Positions 51,779 to 62,320 are shown, counted from the stretch's first letter. The stretch: 64,000 nucleotides of DNA from Pelagomonas calceolata (GCA_918797485.1 CAKKNE010000005.1:1488001-1552000), one strand, 5' to 3'. Numbers and translations: made by a program. The notes: a model not told the origin generated them from the sequence alone.

Positions 51779-52531
51779 ATGAGCGGCGAGGCCAGCGACG
51801 CCGAGATCCAGGAATTCCTCGCGCGCGCCGGCGCCCGCGAATTTTGCGCACGGACGGCCACCAACAGCCGTGCCGGAGCGCGCCCCGGGCGCGGATGCGC
51901 CCGCGAGAGAAGGAGCGCGCGCCCCCCGCAGGCCGAGGAGACTTTAGTGAGGGTCGTCCCCAGCTTCCAGCACGACGTCCTGCGCTTCGTCACGGGCAAT
52001 TACGGGCCGTTCGAGCCCCAGGAGCCCTGCGAGGTGCCGCTCTGGCTCGCCTGCCTCCTGCGCAAGCGCAAGATGTGCACGGTCGAGGCGCCGCCGTGGC
52101 TCCGGACCGAAGCGCTGGAGCAGACGCGCGACGCCGAAACGAAGGACCGCGACGCGTTCCAGGCGCTGCCGGCGCACTACGTCGAGGTCGCGGCGTTGTT
52201 GCTCGAATGCGCGGGCGACGACCTCGCGGCGGCCTGCGGCGCCGCGACCGTCTCAAAATTGCGCGAGTGCCTCGCGGACGTCGAGGCCGCGCGCGTGGCC
52301 AAGGTCCGCGAGGGCATGTTGGCGGTGGCGCGCCAGGCCTGCGCCGACGAGACGACGTTCTCGGTGAAGATGAACGGCGCGAGCGCGATGGAGATTACCA
52401 CGGTGCGCGGGCAGCTCCTCGCGGCGCTCGACGCGTTCTACGCGACGCGGCCCCGCGGCGGCGGCGGCGCGAAGCGCCGCGCGGCGGCCGGCGGCGCGGC
52501 GCCGGCGCGCACGCTCAAGCGCTTCAAGTAG
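51779..52531 (+). CDS. PSF2: GINS subunit Psf2; exons 51779-51820 and 51932-52531
   Basis: Spliced EFLAEETLVRVVPSF..GNYGPF..EVPLWLA..PPWL..LPAHYVEVA..MEI. Confidence 0.92.
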   Translation: MSGEASDAEIQEFLARAGAREFCARTATNSRAGARPGRGCARERRSARPPQAEETLVRVVPSFQHDVLRFVTGNYGPFEPQEPCEVPLWLACLLRKRKMCTVEAPPWLRTEALEQTRDAETKDRDAFQALPAHYVEVAALLLECAGDDLAAACGAATVSKLRECLADVEAARVAKVREGMLAVARQACADETTFSVKMNGASAMEITTVRGQLLAALDAFYATRPRGGGGAKRRAAAGGAAPARTLKRFK

Positions 52532-52556
52532 CCGCTCCTCCCCCTACGCCTAAAAG

Positions 52557-54023
52557 TTAGTCCACGCGCACCTTGACGCCCCCGAAGCGCAGCTTCGCGC
52601 CGCCGCGCCGCGGGAGGCTCGACCCGAAGTCGAGGTTGGCCCCGCCGTCGCCGACCGTCGACGCCTCCCGGAACGCGCGGTTCGCCCGGCCCGCGAAGAG
52701 CAGCGCGTACAGCACGAGGGCCGCCGTCTGGACGAGCGAGCAGACCCACTGCACCGTGCGGTGGCGCGTGTAGGGCGGCAGCGACGCCGCGACGAACGTG
52801 ACGAGGGGCAGGCTCAGCGCCCAGGCCCCGCCGACGGCCGCCCAGCCGACGTAGAAGCGCCGCAGCCGGTGGCCGGCGCAGGCCTGCGTGCGCAGGGCCA
52901 CGGGGATCAAGACGAGGAACAGGACGACGCGGACCACGACGACGAGCTTGCCCGGCCAGTGCTCGAAGTCGTGGAAGCTGTCGAAGTCGTCGCCCTCCCA
53001 GCGGCTCCACTGCGCCAGCACGAGGTGTAACGTGATCCAGCCCAGTAGCCCGGACGACGCCTCGACGCCGGGCGCCCGCAGCAGCCGCGCGAGCGGCGCG
53101 ACGGCCGAGGCCGCCTTCTCGGCCGGCGTCTCGTCGCGCAGCGGCCCGCGGCCCGCCTTCTCGTCGTCGCCCAGCCTCGAGGCCAGCGTCCAGCCCGCCG
53201 CGATGCACAAGGTTAATGCCGCGAGCAGCGCGTCGCAGAGCGCCTCGAAGTAGGCCGAGAGCGCATCCGAAAAATGGGAGCCGACGCCGTTCGACGCGTA
53301 GGCCGCGAGGTGGCGCAGCTCGAAGAAGCTCGAGAGCGCGTCGCAGGCCGCGGCCGCGCACAGTAGGACCTCCGCGGCGTGGACGTCGCGGTCGCCGTCG
53401 CCCTTCTTCGCGCGGCCGGCCGCCGCGAGGGCGATGCGCTTGCCCACGGCGTAGACGAGAACGAATGCGGTCACCATGTTGAAGAAGTGCAGGGGTCTTA
53501 ACCCATTCTCGTCGACGGGCAGGTGCGAGTCGCCGTCGCGCATCTCGGCCCTATAATGCACGGCGGGCACGGGGTGCAGGTACCGCTCCAGCGAGCAGTC
53601 CGCGAGCGTGAAGTACCAGACGTGCGTGCGTATGCTGGACGTCATGGCCCGCCGGTGGGCCCAGAACTTCGAGGAGGCCGGCGGCCGCCACGGCGCCCAC
53701 TCCGCATCCAACGCATTGTCCTTGCGCAGGTCGACGGGCGCCGACCACCTTGCTAATTTCACCTTCTCGTCGCAGGTCGTCGCCCTCAGTACCTTGTCCC
53801 AGTCGTCGTCGAGGTACGCGTACGCTTTGAGCTCGTCCGACGCGTAGTCGTCGCCCTCCTCCGTCCAGACCGTCAGCGCCGCGCTGCCGCGGCCGACGCG
53901 GAAGGCGAACTTGACGACGTCGTGCTCCGTGAACTCGCCCGTCAGCCGCGCCTCGCCCGTGACGACCTTGGCGCGGGCTGGGGCGAGGGCCGCGGCCGCG
54001 AGGAGCAGGCCGCGCGCCGCCAT
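52557..54023 (-). CDS. GPR180/TMEM145-like 7TM protein
   Basis: Signal; RTHVWYFTLADC, HLPVDENGL, CIAAGWTL, FHDFEHWPG; seven hydrophobic segments. Confidence 0.8.
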   Translation of the reverse strand: MAARGLLLAAAALAPARAKVVTGEARLTGEFTEHDVVKFAFRVGRGSAALTVWTEEGDDYASDELKAYAYLDDDWDKVLRATTCDEKVKLARWSAPVDLRKDNALDAEWAPWRPPASSKFWAHRRAMTSSIRTHVWYFTLADCSLERYLHPVPAVHYRAEMRDGDSHLPVDENGLRPLHFFNMVTAFVLVYAVGKRIALAAAGRAKKGDGDRDVHAAEVLLCAAAACDALSSFFELRHLAAYASNGVGSHFSDALSAYFEALCDALLAALTLCIAAGWTLASRLGDDEKAGRGPLRDETPAEKAASAVAPLARLLRAPGVEASSGLLGWITLHLVLAQWSRWEGDDFDSFHDFEHWPGKLVVVVRVVLFLVLIPVALRTQACAGHRLRRFYVGWAAVGGAWALSLPLVTFVAASLPPYTRHRTVQWVCSLVQTAALVLYALLFAGRANRAFREASTVGDGGANLDFGSSLPRRGGAKLRFGGVKVRVD

Positions 54024-54376
54024 CGCGCGCGCCGCGCCGCTGGTGCGTCCCGCGTGCGGCGCTGGCTATGCCTCTCGAGAGGCGACACGTGCAGGATTTT
54101 GGCGCCGCAACTCATATGATGGCGCCGCAAAACCCGACACTGGGAATCGACAAGTGTTCTTGCGGCACGACTGCGCCGGCGAGGAGTCGCACGGAGCGCG
54201 TGGAAGCGCCCACCAACCGCCCGCGCGACCGAGGGTTTTGCGGCCGTGTTTCAAGCACATCGGCGGCGCGGGGACGCGGTCGGTTTAGCTGAGAGATAGG
54301 GTCCTTCGTTCATCGTCCTAGAAGAGCTGCCTTATGCAGGGGGCGGGGAACAAGGAGCACCTTGTGCGCCCGCCCT

Positions 54377-55738
54377 TTAGAAGCCGCGGCGCCAGCCGTG
54401 CGGCATGGGCAGCGGCATGATGCGGATGCAGACGTGGTACGGGCCGATGCCCTGGGGCGCGCCCGCTCCGCACGCGCGCCAGAGCCGGAGCATCTTGCCG
54501 TCGGACGCGTCGCAAATCGGCCAGAAGTGCTTATGCAACGCCGTCTCCACCGTGCGGCTGATCACCTTGGACGAGCCGCAGTTGTACACGCTCACGCCGC
54601 CCGGGCCCCACGCCCTCGTGAGAGCCACGGGGGGGGCGTACCCCGTGGCATCGATGATCGTCGCCGACTTATAGCCCCGCTGCCTTAACTGATTGACGCC
54701 CTCCTCCTTGACGCTAAAACCCTGAGAGCCAGTGCTCGCGCCGTAGATCTGGACCGCGTAGCCGTTCGGGTACGTCACGTCGTAGTCCGCAAACAACTCT
54801 TCGGCACGACTAATGGCCGCCTTGCCGTGCGCTTGTAAGGCCTTGGGACTGAGGTCGTGCTCGTCGCCGAGCGTTTCCCTTTCGTACTCGATCGCTTTCT
54901 GCCTCGTTCTCTCTGATGTCTGGGCGTTGTAGATGGGGTTGTTGATCGGGTTGTTGATGGGGTTGTTGATGGGGTTGTTGATGGGGTTGTTGATGGGGTT
55001 GTTGATGGGGTTGTTGATGGGGTTGCTGATGGCGTTTATTTCCTTTCTTTTCGCCGCGCACTCCCTACAGGTCCGGTTGCGTTTTTCGCCGCGTTTCTTG
55101 AAGTCGAAAAGTCCAGGCGCAAGCCATCGTCTTTGGCACGTCCTTCCCTGCATTCTTCCGTCGCACTGGTGCAGGCGCAGGCAGGAGCCGGCCGTGCACT
55201 TCGGGACGGTGCAGCGCTCCGTCGATGAAATGACCGGCGGAGGGCTTGGAACGCTAGCGACGGCGACGGCCTGGCGGTCCGGGCCGCGGAGCTTTTTGCT
55301 TGGGGGCGGCAGGCACTGCGGGGCCTTGGCCCGGGCCGAGGCCGGCGGCGGCGGGGCCTTGGCCCGGGAGGGCGGCGGCGGCGGGGCCGTGGGCCGGGCC
55401 CAGGCCGGAACCGCCGCGGCGACGGCCTGGCCGTCCGGGCCGCGGCGCTTTTTGCTTGGGGGCAGGCACTCGTCGCACGTACTTTTCCGGGCCCCGCTCG
55501 AGGAGAAGAAGGAGAACGTCGTCTGCGACGGCTTGCGCTTGCACTTGCGACACGGGTCGTCATCGCCGACGGGCGCCCGCCGCGCGGCCGCAGGCGGCGC
55601 GGTCGTCGGTAAGGACGGAATCGGCGGCGGCGGCGGCGGGGCCTTGGCCCGGGCCAAGGCCGGAACCGCCGGCGGCGGCTTGGACCCTTCGTCGTCCGAG
55701 CTATCTCTGACAACGATAGCGTTTGCGAGAGACGACAT
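54377..55738 (-). CDS. Hypothetical protein with Cys-rich zinc-finger-like repeats, (NPIN)8 and a globular C-terminal domain
   Basis: 453-aa ORF; CRKC..F..TCDEC and CQ..F..TCREC; internal duplication. Confidence 0.7.
   Translation of the reverse strand: MSSLANAIVVRDSSDDEGSKPPPAVPALARAKAPPPPPPIPSLPTTAPPAAARRAPVGDDDPCRKCKRKPSQTTFSFFSSSGARKSTCDECLPPSKKRRGPDGQAVAAAVPAWARPTAPPPPPSRAKAPPPPASARAKAPQCLPPPSKKLRGPDRQAVAVASVPSPPPVISSTERCTVPKCTAGSCLRLHQCDGRMQGRTCQRRWLAPGLFDFKKRGEKRNRTCRECAAKRKEINAISNPINNPINNPINNPINNPINNPINNPINNPIYNAQTSERTRQKAIEYERETLGDEHDLSPKALQAHGKAAISRAEELFADYDVTYPNGYAVQIYGASTGSQGFSVKEEGVNQLRQRGYKSATIIDATGYAPPVALTRAWGPGGVSVYNCGSSKVISRTVETALHKHFWPICDASDGKMLRLWRACGAGAPQGIGPYHVCIRIMPLPMPHGWRRGF
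54932..55027. repeat. 12-bp coding minisatellite (GATGGGGTTGTT)x8
   Basis: Direct reading; two variant units. Confidence 0.97.
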
Positions 55739-56935
55739 TATAATGGCTTGCGTGAGGCGTCTTGCGGGCGACGGCGTCTACTGGGTCCGCCTTCGCGTGA
55801 GCGGACGTGTCCGCGGTGCGACCTGCGCCGCTCCTCGTAAAAATCGACCGACGTCGCTCCGCGGCGCGTTCCCGTCGAGCCGAGCCGCAAACCTCACCAC
55901 CACACGCGACGCGCCTCCGAGCGCTGGGCCGCCGCCACAGCCTCTCGACGGTCGCGCCGCCGCGCCGCGCCGCGCGCCGCCCGGCACCGGTACAGGGAGC
56001 CCCATGGCTTTGTTCCTCCGGTGCTGGACGGCGACGCGGCCGCGCGGCCGCCGCCCGCGCGGTCTCAGCAGAGCGGGTACACTCTAGGACCGCTCAGAAC
56101 GAGATCTGTGGGTTTGGAGCCGCGGGCGGTCCGTATGGCCGCGTTTGGCGCCGCGCAAAAAGCTCTCCGGACGATGCGCGGCACCCCGCACGAAGGCCCC
56201 AAAAACCCGCCGGGACGCTGCGACTTGCCCTCCTGCGCCCCCTGAAAAATCCGCTTCGCGGCAGCCGCCCTACGTGGGCTGTTTGGGCCCCGCGGCGCCG
56301 CCGCCCCCCAGATCGTTCTGCGCTCTGCGATTTTTTTGATTCGCAAAGTAACATGGGGCTGCCCCGCCACCAGCGGCGGCCGGCGCCGCCCCCCGAGCCC
56401 GTCGGCCGCGAGGGGACGACGCTGGGTGCTCACGCCACCGTGGCGGACGCGCTGCACGTCGTCGGGCGTCGATTGGGGCCCCAACTTCATCACTCGAACG
56501 GCGGCGTTCCGCCCGGCGCGGACCAGAGCCAGGAGACGACGCTCGCCGCCGTCGCAGCGGACGCCCCCGACACGTAGGACCCCTGGGGACGTCGCGATGC
56601 AGCAGCACGCTCTCTGCACCATCAGGAAGGGAAATGTCATATAGCGTCGCTTTGTTGCTGAAATGTCGGCGGCCTAGTTTAAAGTTCCGAGTCTCTTCAA
56701 GTTGTCATGGCTACAGAGAATGCTAGAGTCCCAAGAACATAGACATGATAGATAGAGGTTGTGTACGGAACGCCCAATTTCGCCGAGGCGCCGCCAAGGC
56801 GCGTGCCCCCAAAGCCCGAGTTGACTGCAGTTATTTCGTACGCCGCCGTGCAGCGGTCTCGGCCGGCCTCGCTAGCCGTCCCCGCTGGACGGTCGATCGC
56901 GAGGGTCGTGGCGCGCGAAGGTTAGGTGTGACACA

Positions 56936-59587
56936 TTAATCGCCCGCGACGACGAGCCGGACGGCCGGCAGCTCGAGGTCGCCGCTCGTCGCCTGGACCT
57001 CGACGACGCTCGCCCCCTCGAGCACGTCCCCGAGCGCCGGCGCGTGTCGCGCGTGGAGCGCGCGCGCGAAGACGAGGTCGCCGTTCGGCGCCACGAGCGT
57101 CTCGATCTCCTCGTCGGGGCAGAGGAGCGCCGCGACGCGCCCGGCCACGGCCCGCACGGAGTCCGCGGGCGCGCAGCGAATCGTCGGCGGCGCCCACTCC
57201 GACGCGACGGCGCCGCCGGGCAGCCGCCACCGCGCCGGCCGCGCGGGCGGCGCCTGGCCCCAGAGCGGCGCCGCCAGGCCGCAGAACGTCGACCGGAGCC
57301 GCGCGCGCGTCGCGCCGCCGCCGAGGAGCTTCGCGGCCTCGAGCGCGCAGAGCCCGGACGCGACGGCGGTCGCCGTCGCGACGGCCGGCACGACGGCGCC
57401 GGCGATCTGCGCGGCGCGCAGCCGGTCGACCGGCGGGACGCCGAAGGCCGCGCCGCGCAGGTTCGCCGCGAGCGCCAGCCACGTCGCGTGCTCGGCGTCG
57501 TCCTTGTCGAACGCGAGCGGCGCGACGGCGGCGTCCGGGCCCAGCCGCGCGACCGCGGCCTCGAGGCGCGCGGCGGCGTCGCGCGCGCGCGGCGCCGGCG
57601 CCGCCGCCGCCGCCGCGCCGCCGCCGCCGAGCGCGCGCCGCCGGAGCGCCGCGGTCGCGGCGAGGAACGCGGCGTCCTCGCGGGCCGGCGCCGCCGGCGG
57701 CACGCGCGTGCCCGTCCAGTAGGCCGCGCCGTCCTCGTCGACCTCGTCGAGCGGGTGCGCCGCGAGGAGCCGCGCGACCGGTTCCACAAAAAGCTCGCGG
57801 AACGCGGCCCGCGCCCAGGCGTCCGCGTCGCCCGCCAGCAGGCCCTCGGCGTCGTCCGCCGCCGCCGCGGCGGCGTCCGGGTTCTTCCGGCACCACCGCC
57901 GCGCGCCGCCCGGCGCGCGCGCCGCGCGGAGCGCCGCGGCGAGCCGCTCCGGCCGCGCCTCGAAGCGCCCGGCGAAGGCGTCGCGCGCCCACCAGACGCA
58001 GTGCTCGGCCTTATAGGGGTGGTCCTTGATCGTGCACACGGGCACGCCGCCGCGGTCGTCGCCGTCGTCGGCCACCGCCGTCGCGTGCCAGCTCTCCGTC
58101 GCGTGGGGCAGGGCCGGCTGCACGGACGCCGCCGCCCCGAGCGTCCCGCAGTCCACGAAGGGCAGGCCCCGCTCGACGCAGACCCGGCTCAGGAACGCGC
58201 GCGCCGCCAGCGAGTCGACCGCGCTGACCACGACGTCGACCTGGTCCCAGGCGACGGCATCCACGGACGCGGCGTCGAGGCGCCTCGGTATAGCCACGTA
58301 TTCCGTATCGGGGGCGAGGCGCGCGGCCGCGCGCGCGGCCCGCTCGGCCTTGCTCGCGCCGACGTCGTTTGGCCGAAACAGGAACTGGCGCGACAGGTTC
58401 GAGGGCGCGACGGCGTCGTCGTCGCAGACCGTGACGCGGGCCACGCCCAGCAGGCCCAGGTTCTTCAGCAGCTCGCAGCCCGTCGCGCCCGCGCCGACGA
58501 CGAGCACGCGCGCCGCCTCCGGTATGTCGGGGACCGGCGCCGCGGGGCGGTGCGCCAATATTTGGCCCGGCGCGGGGCCGCCCAGCAGCCCGCCGCTCAC
58601 GGCCTTGAGCACGTCGTGCGCCGCGACGCCCGCGGCCGCCGCGGCCGCGGCCGCGTCCGGCGCGTCGTCGCTCCCTATGATAGCATCGAGTGCCCGCCGG
58701 TCGAGGCGCGCGCCGTCGCAGGATCCAAAAGAAGCGGCCGCGAGCGCGTCGCGCAGGCTCACCTGTTTCAGTATACGCGTCGCCGGCCGCAGCCGCGCGC
58801 CGCACCTTTTTTTGGTGTCGACGGCGCCCTCGATCAACGCCGCCTCGAGGGCCCAGGGTGTCGCCACGGCCCGCACCTCGAGGACCGCGCCGCCGTCGAG
58901 GTCAAGAAAGTCGCCCTCGCACGCCTCGTGGCGCTGCCGGCCCGCGGCCTCGGCGCGGTACAGATTATCACCAAGCGCTCTGAGCGGCTCGAGCGGGACA
59001 CTTTCCCGGGCCGCGCCCGCGAGCTCGCGGGACGCGACGGCCGCGCCGTCGCCGAAGTCGTCGAAGACGCAAAAGGCCGCGCCGGCGCAGCGGCACCACA
59101 CGAAGGGCACGCCCGCCGCGCGGCACGCGTCCGAGAGCGCGCAGGCCGCCTCCCGCCCCGAACCGCAGGCCGCGACGCAGTCGTAGGCCCCGACTTCCAA
59201 CGCGTCCGCGGCCGCGACGCGCGTCTCCGAGAGCTCCGCGGCGCCCGCGACCGTCCGCGCGAGGCGCGTCGCCTCGGGCCGCGCGCCGTAGAGGTGCGCG
59301 CCGCCGCCGCCGCCGCCGTCGCCGTCGCCGTCGCCGTCGAAGACGTCGACGGCCGCGACGCCCAGCAGCGCGAGGTCCTTGGCGACCTCGGCGCCGACGG
59401 CGTCCGCGCCCGCGACGAGCACGCGCGCGCGGCGCAGCCGCGCGTGCGCGTCCCGCCCGAAGGCGAGGAGCTGCCGCGAGTAGCGCGCCTCGTCCGCGGA
59501 CCAGGCCGCGCCGCCCCGCGCAAGGCGGTGGTGCGGCCGCGGCCGCGCCGCGGCCAGGGCGAGCAGCAGCAGGCCGGCGCCGCGCAT
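56936..59587 (-). CDS. UBA1: Ubiquitin-activating enzyme E1 with signal peptide (candidate periplastid/SELMA sUba1)
   Basis: RYSRQL, VVGAGATGCELLKN, SNLSRQFLFR, catalytic PVCTIKDHP, FDKDD, AVVPAVATATA; leader MRGAGLLLLALAAA..LARGG. Confidence 0.9.
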   Translation of the reverse strand: MRGAGLLLLALAAARPRPHHRLARGGAAWSADEARYSRQLLAFGRDAHARLRRARVLVAGADAVGAEVAKDLALLGVAAVDVFDGDGDGDGGGGGGAHLYGARPEATRLARTVAGAAELSETRVAAADALEVGAYDCVAACGSGREAACALSDACRAAGVPFVWCRCAGAAFCVFDDFGDGAAVASRELAGAARESVPLEPLRALGDNLYRAEAAGRQRHEACEGDFLDLDGGAVLEVRAVATPWALEAALIEGAVDTKKRCGARLRPATRILKQVSLRDALAAASFGSCDGARLDRRALDAIIGSDDAPDAAAAAAAAGVAAHDVLKAVSGGLLGGPAPGQILAHRPAAPVPDIPEAARVLVVGAGATGCELLKNLGLLGVARVTVCDDDAVAPSNLSRQFLFRPNDVGASKAERAARAAARLAPDTEYVAIPRRLDAASVDAVAWDQVDVVVSAVDSLAARAFLSRVCVERGLPFVDCGTLGAAASVQPALPHATESWHATAVADDGDDRGGVPVCTIKDHPYKAEHCVWWARDAFAGRFEARPERLAAALRAARAPGGARRWCRKNPDAAAAAADDAEGLLAGDADAWARAAFRELFVEPVARLLAAHPLDEVDEDGAAYWTGTRVPPAAPAREDAAFLAATAALRRRALGGGGAAAAAAPAPRARDAAARLEAAVARLGPDAAVAPLAFDKDDAEHATWLALAANLRGAAFGVPPVDRLRAAQIAGAVVPAVATATAVASGLCALEAAKLLGGGATRARLRSTFCGLAAPLWGQAPPARPARWRLPGGAVASEWAPPTIRCAPADSVRAVAGRVAALLCPDEEIETLVAPNGDLVFARALHARHAPALGDVLEGASVVEVQATSGDLELPAVRLVVAGD

Positions 59588-59731
59588 CGCGCCTGCACCG
59601 GACACCTCGCCGCGAGCAGGCTGGTTGCACTTGTTCTCCCCGTGCGGTTGCAAGCCAGGCTTGCTTTGAGCTAAGCTGCTTGCTAGTGTGTGTGTGTTGT
59701 TATAGCCCCCCTCGTCGCCGGGCTAGCCTAG

Positions 59732-59809
59732 CTAGCCTCAGCTTAACCGACGGGTTTTGCGCGCGGTCTTGCGGGACCCCTCCCCGCCCCAGGGGACTCG
59801 TCGCAGAGG
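59732..59809 (+). repeat. Direct repeat copy A
   Basis: Core 59762-59809 matches 61084-61131 at 47 of 48 nt; upstream CTAGCCTCA..TTAACCG.CGGGT.TTGCG also shared. Confidence 0.9.
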
Positions 59810-61043
59810 TCGTGCAGCGATGTGCGGGAAAAAAAAAAGGGAACCGCCGCCACACAACCTTGAGTCTGCTGAACGCGGACGCGAAGGCGCTTTGCTTGAG
59901 ACCCGACCCAGAGCTAGTCAAGGTATTTGGGATCCCGCGGCGCCACCGCTCCGTGGAGTCGTGCCCGAGTGCCCGTGCCGACGGTGTCTCCGTAGCCCCC
60001 CGCCGGCCCGCCGCCGCGCCCGCGGGGGAGTCGCGAAAAACACCCCCGCGTTCACGAAGGACCCGAAGAGTTGTCATCGGAAGTGGCTTGAATTGCTGGG
60101 GTGAGTCAACATCGCCAATGAAGGCCCGTCGACCCGTTGAATTGCGAGGAAGCCGAGGATGAATCGCCTACTTGCCCTACATGTCACGTCGCGCCGAGAC
60201 GCCGCCATGACGCGTTCGCGAGGCCCTCGCGCACGCCCGGTCAGACCCTGAGCTTAGAAATCCTGCGGAGATCAAGTGTCGTCCTCCTCCTCCCCATCAG
60301 AGCCAGATTCAGAGTCAGACCCGGTCGTGCGATACATGCGAGGAACGGCATGCTCGCGTTCTTTCGCCGCCCACGCACCCAACGTCTCCTGGAATATGAA
60401 AGGCAACTCGCGGTCCAGGTCACGGTCTTTGCTATTGCCACCATTTCCGAGACAGAGCGCCACGATCTCAATCGAAGGCGTCCACGAGAGCCAATCGACC
60501 GCTCCGCGCCGCGAGAGCGCGGCGCCGACGCGATCCCGCCATTCGTCGCGCGCGTCAGCCGCCGCAAGGCACAGTTTGCCGCTCTTCCGAAGGAAGGTGG
60601 ACCTTCAGAGTGCAGCGGTGTAGTTTGTCTAGTGTCTCATCAAAATCTATGTCAATTGAGATGGACGATATCTTTTTTAGCTGCTCGACGAGAGAGATCG
60701 GGTCGGTCGCCATGTGCTCGGGAGGAGGTGCGATGGAATATGGGACCTTTTTAGCCAGCGAGCTGTTCGCAATGTCAAGCGCAGCTGTCCACACCGGGAG
60801 GCCTATAAGCAAACGAGCGGCCTCCGATGTGATGTGCTTGCTGTGATGGGGCTGAAACTGGGCGCCAATAGATGGCGCGCGGGCAGCCGCGGGCCGGGCG
60901 GGGAGGCCGTAGGAGTTGGGTAAGAGGCGTTTACGGGCCACCGGCGGGCATCGACGCCCAAAAAAGGGGCTAAGCACTTCCCAGGACTGGAGCTTGGAGG
61001 CATGCTTGGCCTTCCCAGGAAAGAGGGCTAGTAGCTCCCTAGC

Positions 61044-61131
61044 CTAGCCTCAATTTAACCGGCGGGTATTGCGGGAAACCGGTCGCGGTCTTGCGGGACC
61101 CCTCCCCGCCCCAGGAGACTCGTCGCAGAGG
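61044..61131 (+). repeat. Direct repeat copy B
   Basis: See copy A; about 10 nt longer internally. Confidence 0.9.
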
Positions 61132-61149
61132 CTCCCTAACCGAGTGGTT

Positions 61150-61173
61150 GCTAGTGTCTTACAGTCTGCTAGC
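61150..61173 (-). promoter_or_regulatory. Bipartite CTAG motif
   Basis: GCTAGTGTCTTAC-N5-GCTAGC, ~165 nt before ATG 61338. Confidence 0.6.
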
Positions 61174-61337
61174 AGCAATCCACACGAACGGCTGCCCAAC
61201 GCGCGCATCAGGGGCTTCCAGCAAAGGCAGGCAGCCCACAAGCATCGGTGAGGGCAGCCTGTCCAAGCCCAGTGAGGGCAGCACAGCAGATGTCACTGCG
61301 CTGCTCGCGGACGGCGTTCGCCGGCGGTCGATGTAGC

Positions 61338-62294
61338 ATGCGAACGATAGCGGGGGCAGCCCTCCTCGCGCTCGCCGGCGCGGCGCCCGACGAGGCGCTC
61401 CTCGTCGTCTGCTTCGCGGACGCCGCGGTCTCGACGCGGCGCCACTCGCTGGCGAGCCACGGGCGCGGCTGCCAGGTCACGGTGGGCAGCTTCCGCATGG
61501 CGAACGCCGACGCCCTCGTCCGCGTCATCACGCCGTCGCGGGAGATGGTGGACCCGGTCCTGAGGCGGGCTTCCGCGCGCGACGCGCGCCTGGACGTCTT
61601 CGAGGTCGGCGCGGGGCCCTACGGCGGCGTGGAGCTGCGGGGCGCGGACGGGCGCTTCCGGGGCAACTGCCTGCGGCACGTGTGGTACGCGGCGTGCCTG
61701 CGGGCGCTGCCGCCCTCGGTGGCGCGCGTGCTCGTCGCGGACGGCTCCGACGTCTTCTTCCAGCGGGACCCCTTCGAGCTGCTGCGGCGCTACGCCGCCG
61801 CGTCCCTGCTCTTCTTCGGCGACCGCGGCGACGACCCCGACGAGGGCCGGCGCTACTTCCGGCGGCGCATGCTCGAGTGCCCGGGCCTCGACGCGCCGCT
61901 CGAGCGCGTCGAGGAGGCCTTCGGCGGCGTCTACGCGAACGGCGGCGTCTTCCTCGGCGCGCGCGGCGCCGCGGCGGACCTCGTGGGCCGCGTCGCGGCG
62001 TACGCGCGCGCGTGCGGCGCGTGGGAGAGCGACCAGGGGCTGCTGAACCTCGCACGGTACCGCATGCTCGCGGAGGCCGGCTTCGACGGCGACCGCGTCA
62101 AGGCGGTCGCGGACCGCGTCCACAGCGTGGCCATGGGCCACTACGACTGGCCGCACGTCGACGCGCGCGGCGCGCTCGCGGCCGCGGGCGGCGAAGCGCT
62201 CCACGTCGTCCACCAGTACCACACGCGGCGCGCGCGCGGCGCGCTCCAGGAGTACTACCGCCGCGTGCGGCCCTGGCTCGAGGAGGTCTCGTAA
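61338..62294 (+). CDS. Putative GT-A fold glycosyltransferase, secretory
   Basis: Signal; DGSDVFFQRDPF, NGGVFLG, DQGLLN, VVHQY. Confidence 0.78.
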   Translation: MRTIAGAALLALAGAAPDEALLVVCFADAAVSTRRHSLASHGRGCQVTVGSFRMANADALVRVITPSREMVDPVLRRASARDARLDVFEVGAGPYGGVELRGADGRFRGNCLRHVWYAACLRALPPSVARVLVADGSDVFFQRDPFELLRRYAAASLLFFGDRGDDPDEGRRYFRRRMLECPGLDAPLERVEEAFGGVYANGGVFLGARGAAADLVGRVAAYARACGAWESDQGLLNLARYRMLAEAGFDGDRVKAVADRVHSVAMGHYDWPHVDARGALAAAGGEALHVVHQYHTRRARGALQEYYRRVRPWLEEVS

Positions 62295-62320
62295 CGACGC
62301 GTCACGCGTGCTTCCTTAGG

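Noticed and set aside
54932..55027. Possible CRISPR or telomeric array
   Set aside because: No spacers; an in-frame 12-bp unit inside an ORF; not a TTAGGG-type repeat.
54933..56087. Plus-strand ORF with LLMG repeats
   Set aside because: Antisense shadow of the NPIN gene, whose frame carries the coherent Cys motifs.
56336..56700. Short ORFs on both strands
   Set aside because: No motif or consistent codon bias; cannot be called.
57044..59674. Long overlapping or antisense ORFs (also 49222-51255, 37973-39343, 61682-63538, 43962-45263)
   Set aside because: Arg/Ala/Pro-rich shadows expected at high GC opposite recognisable genes.
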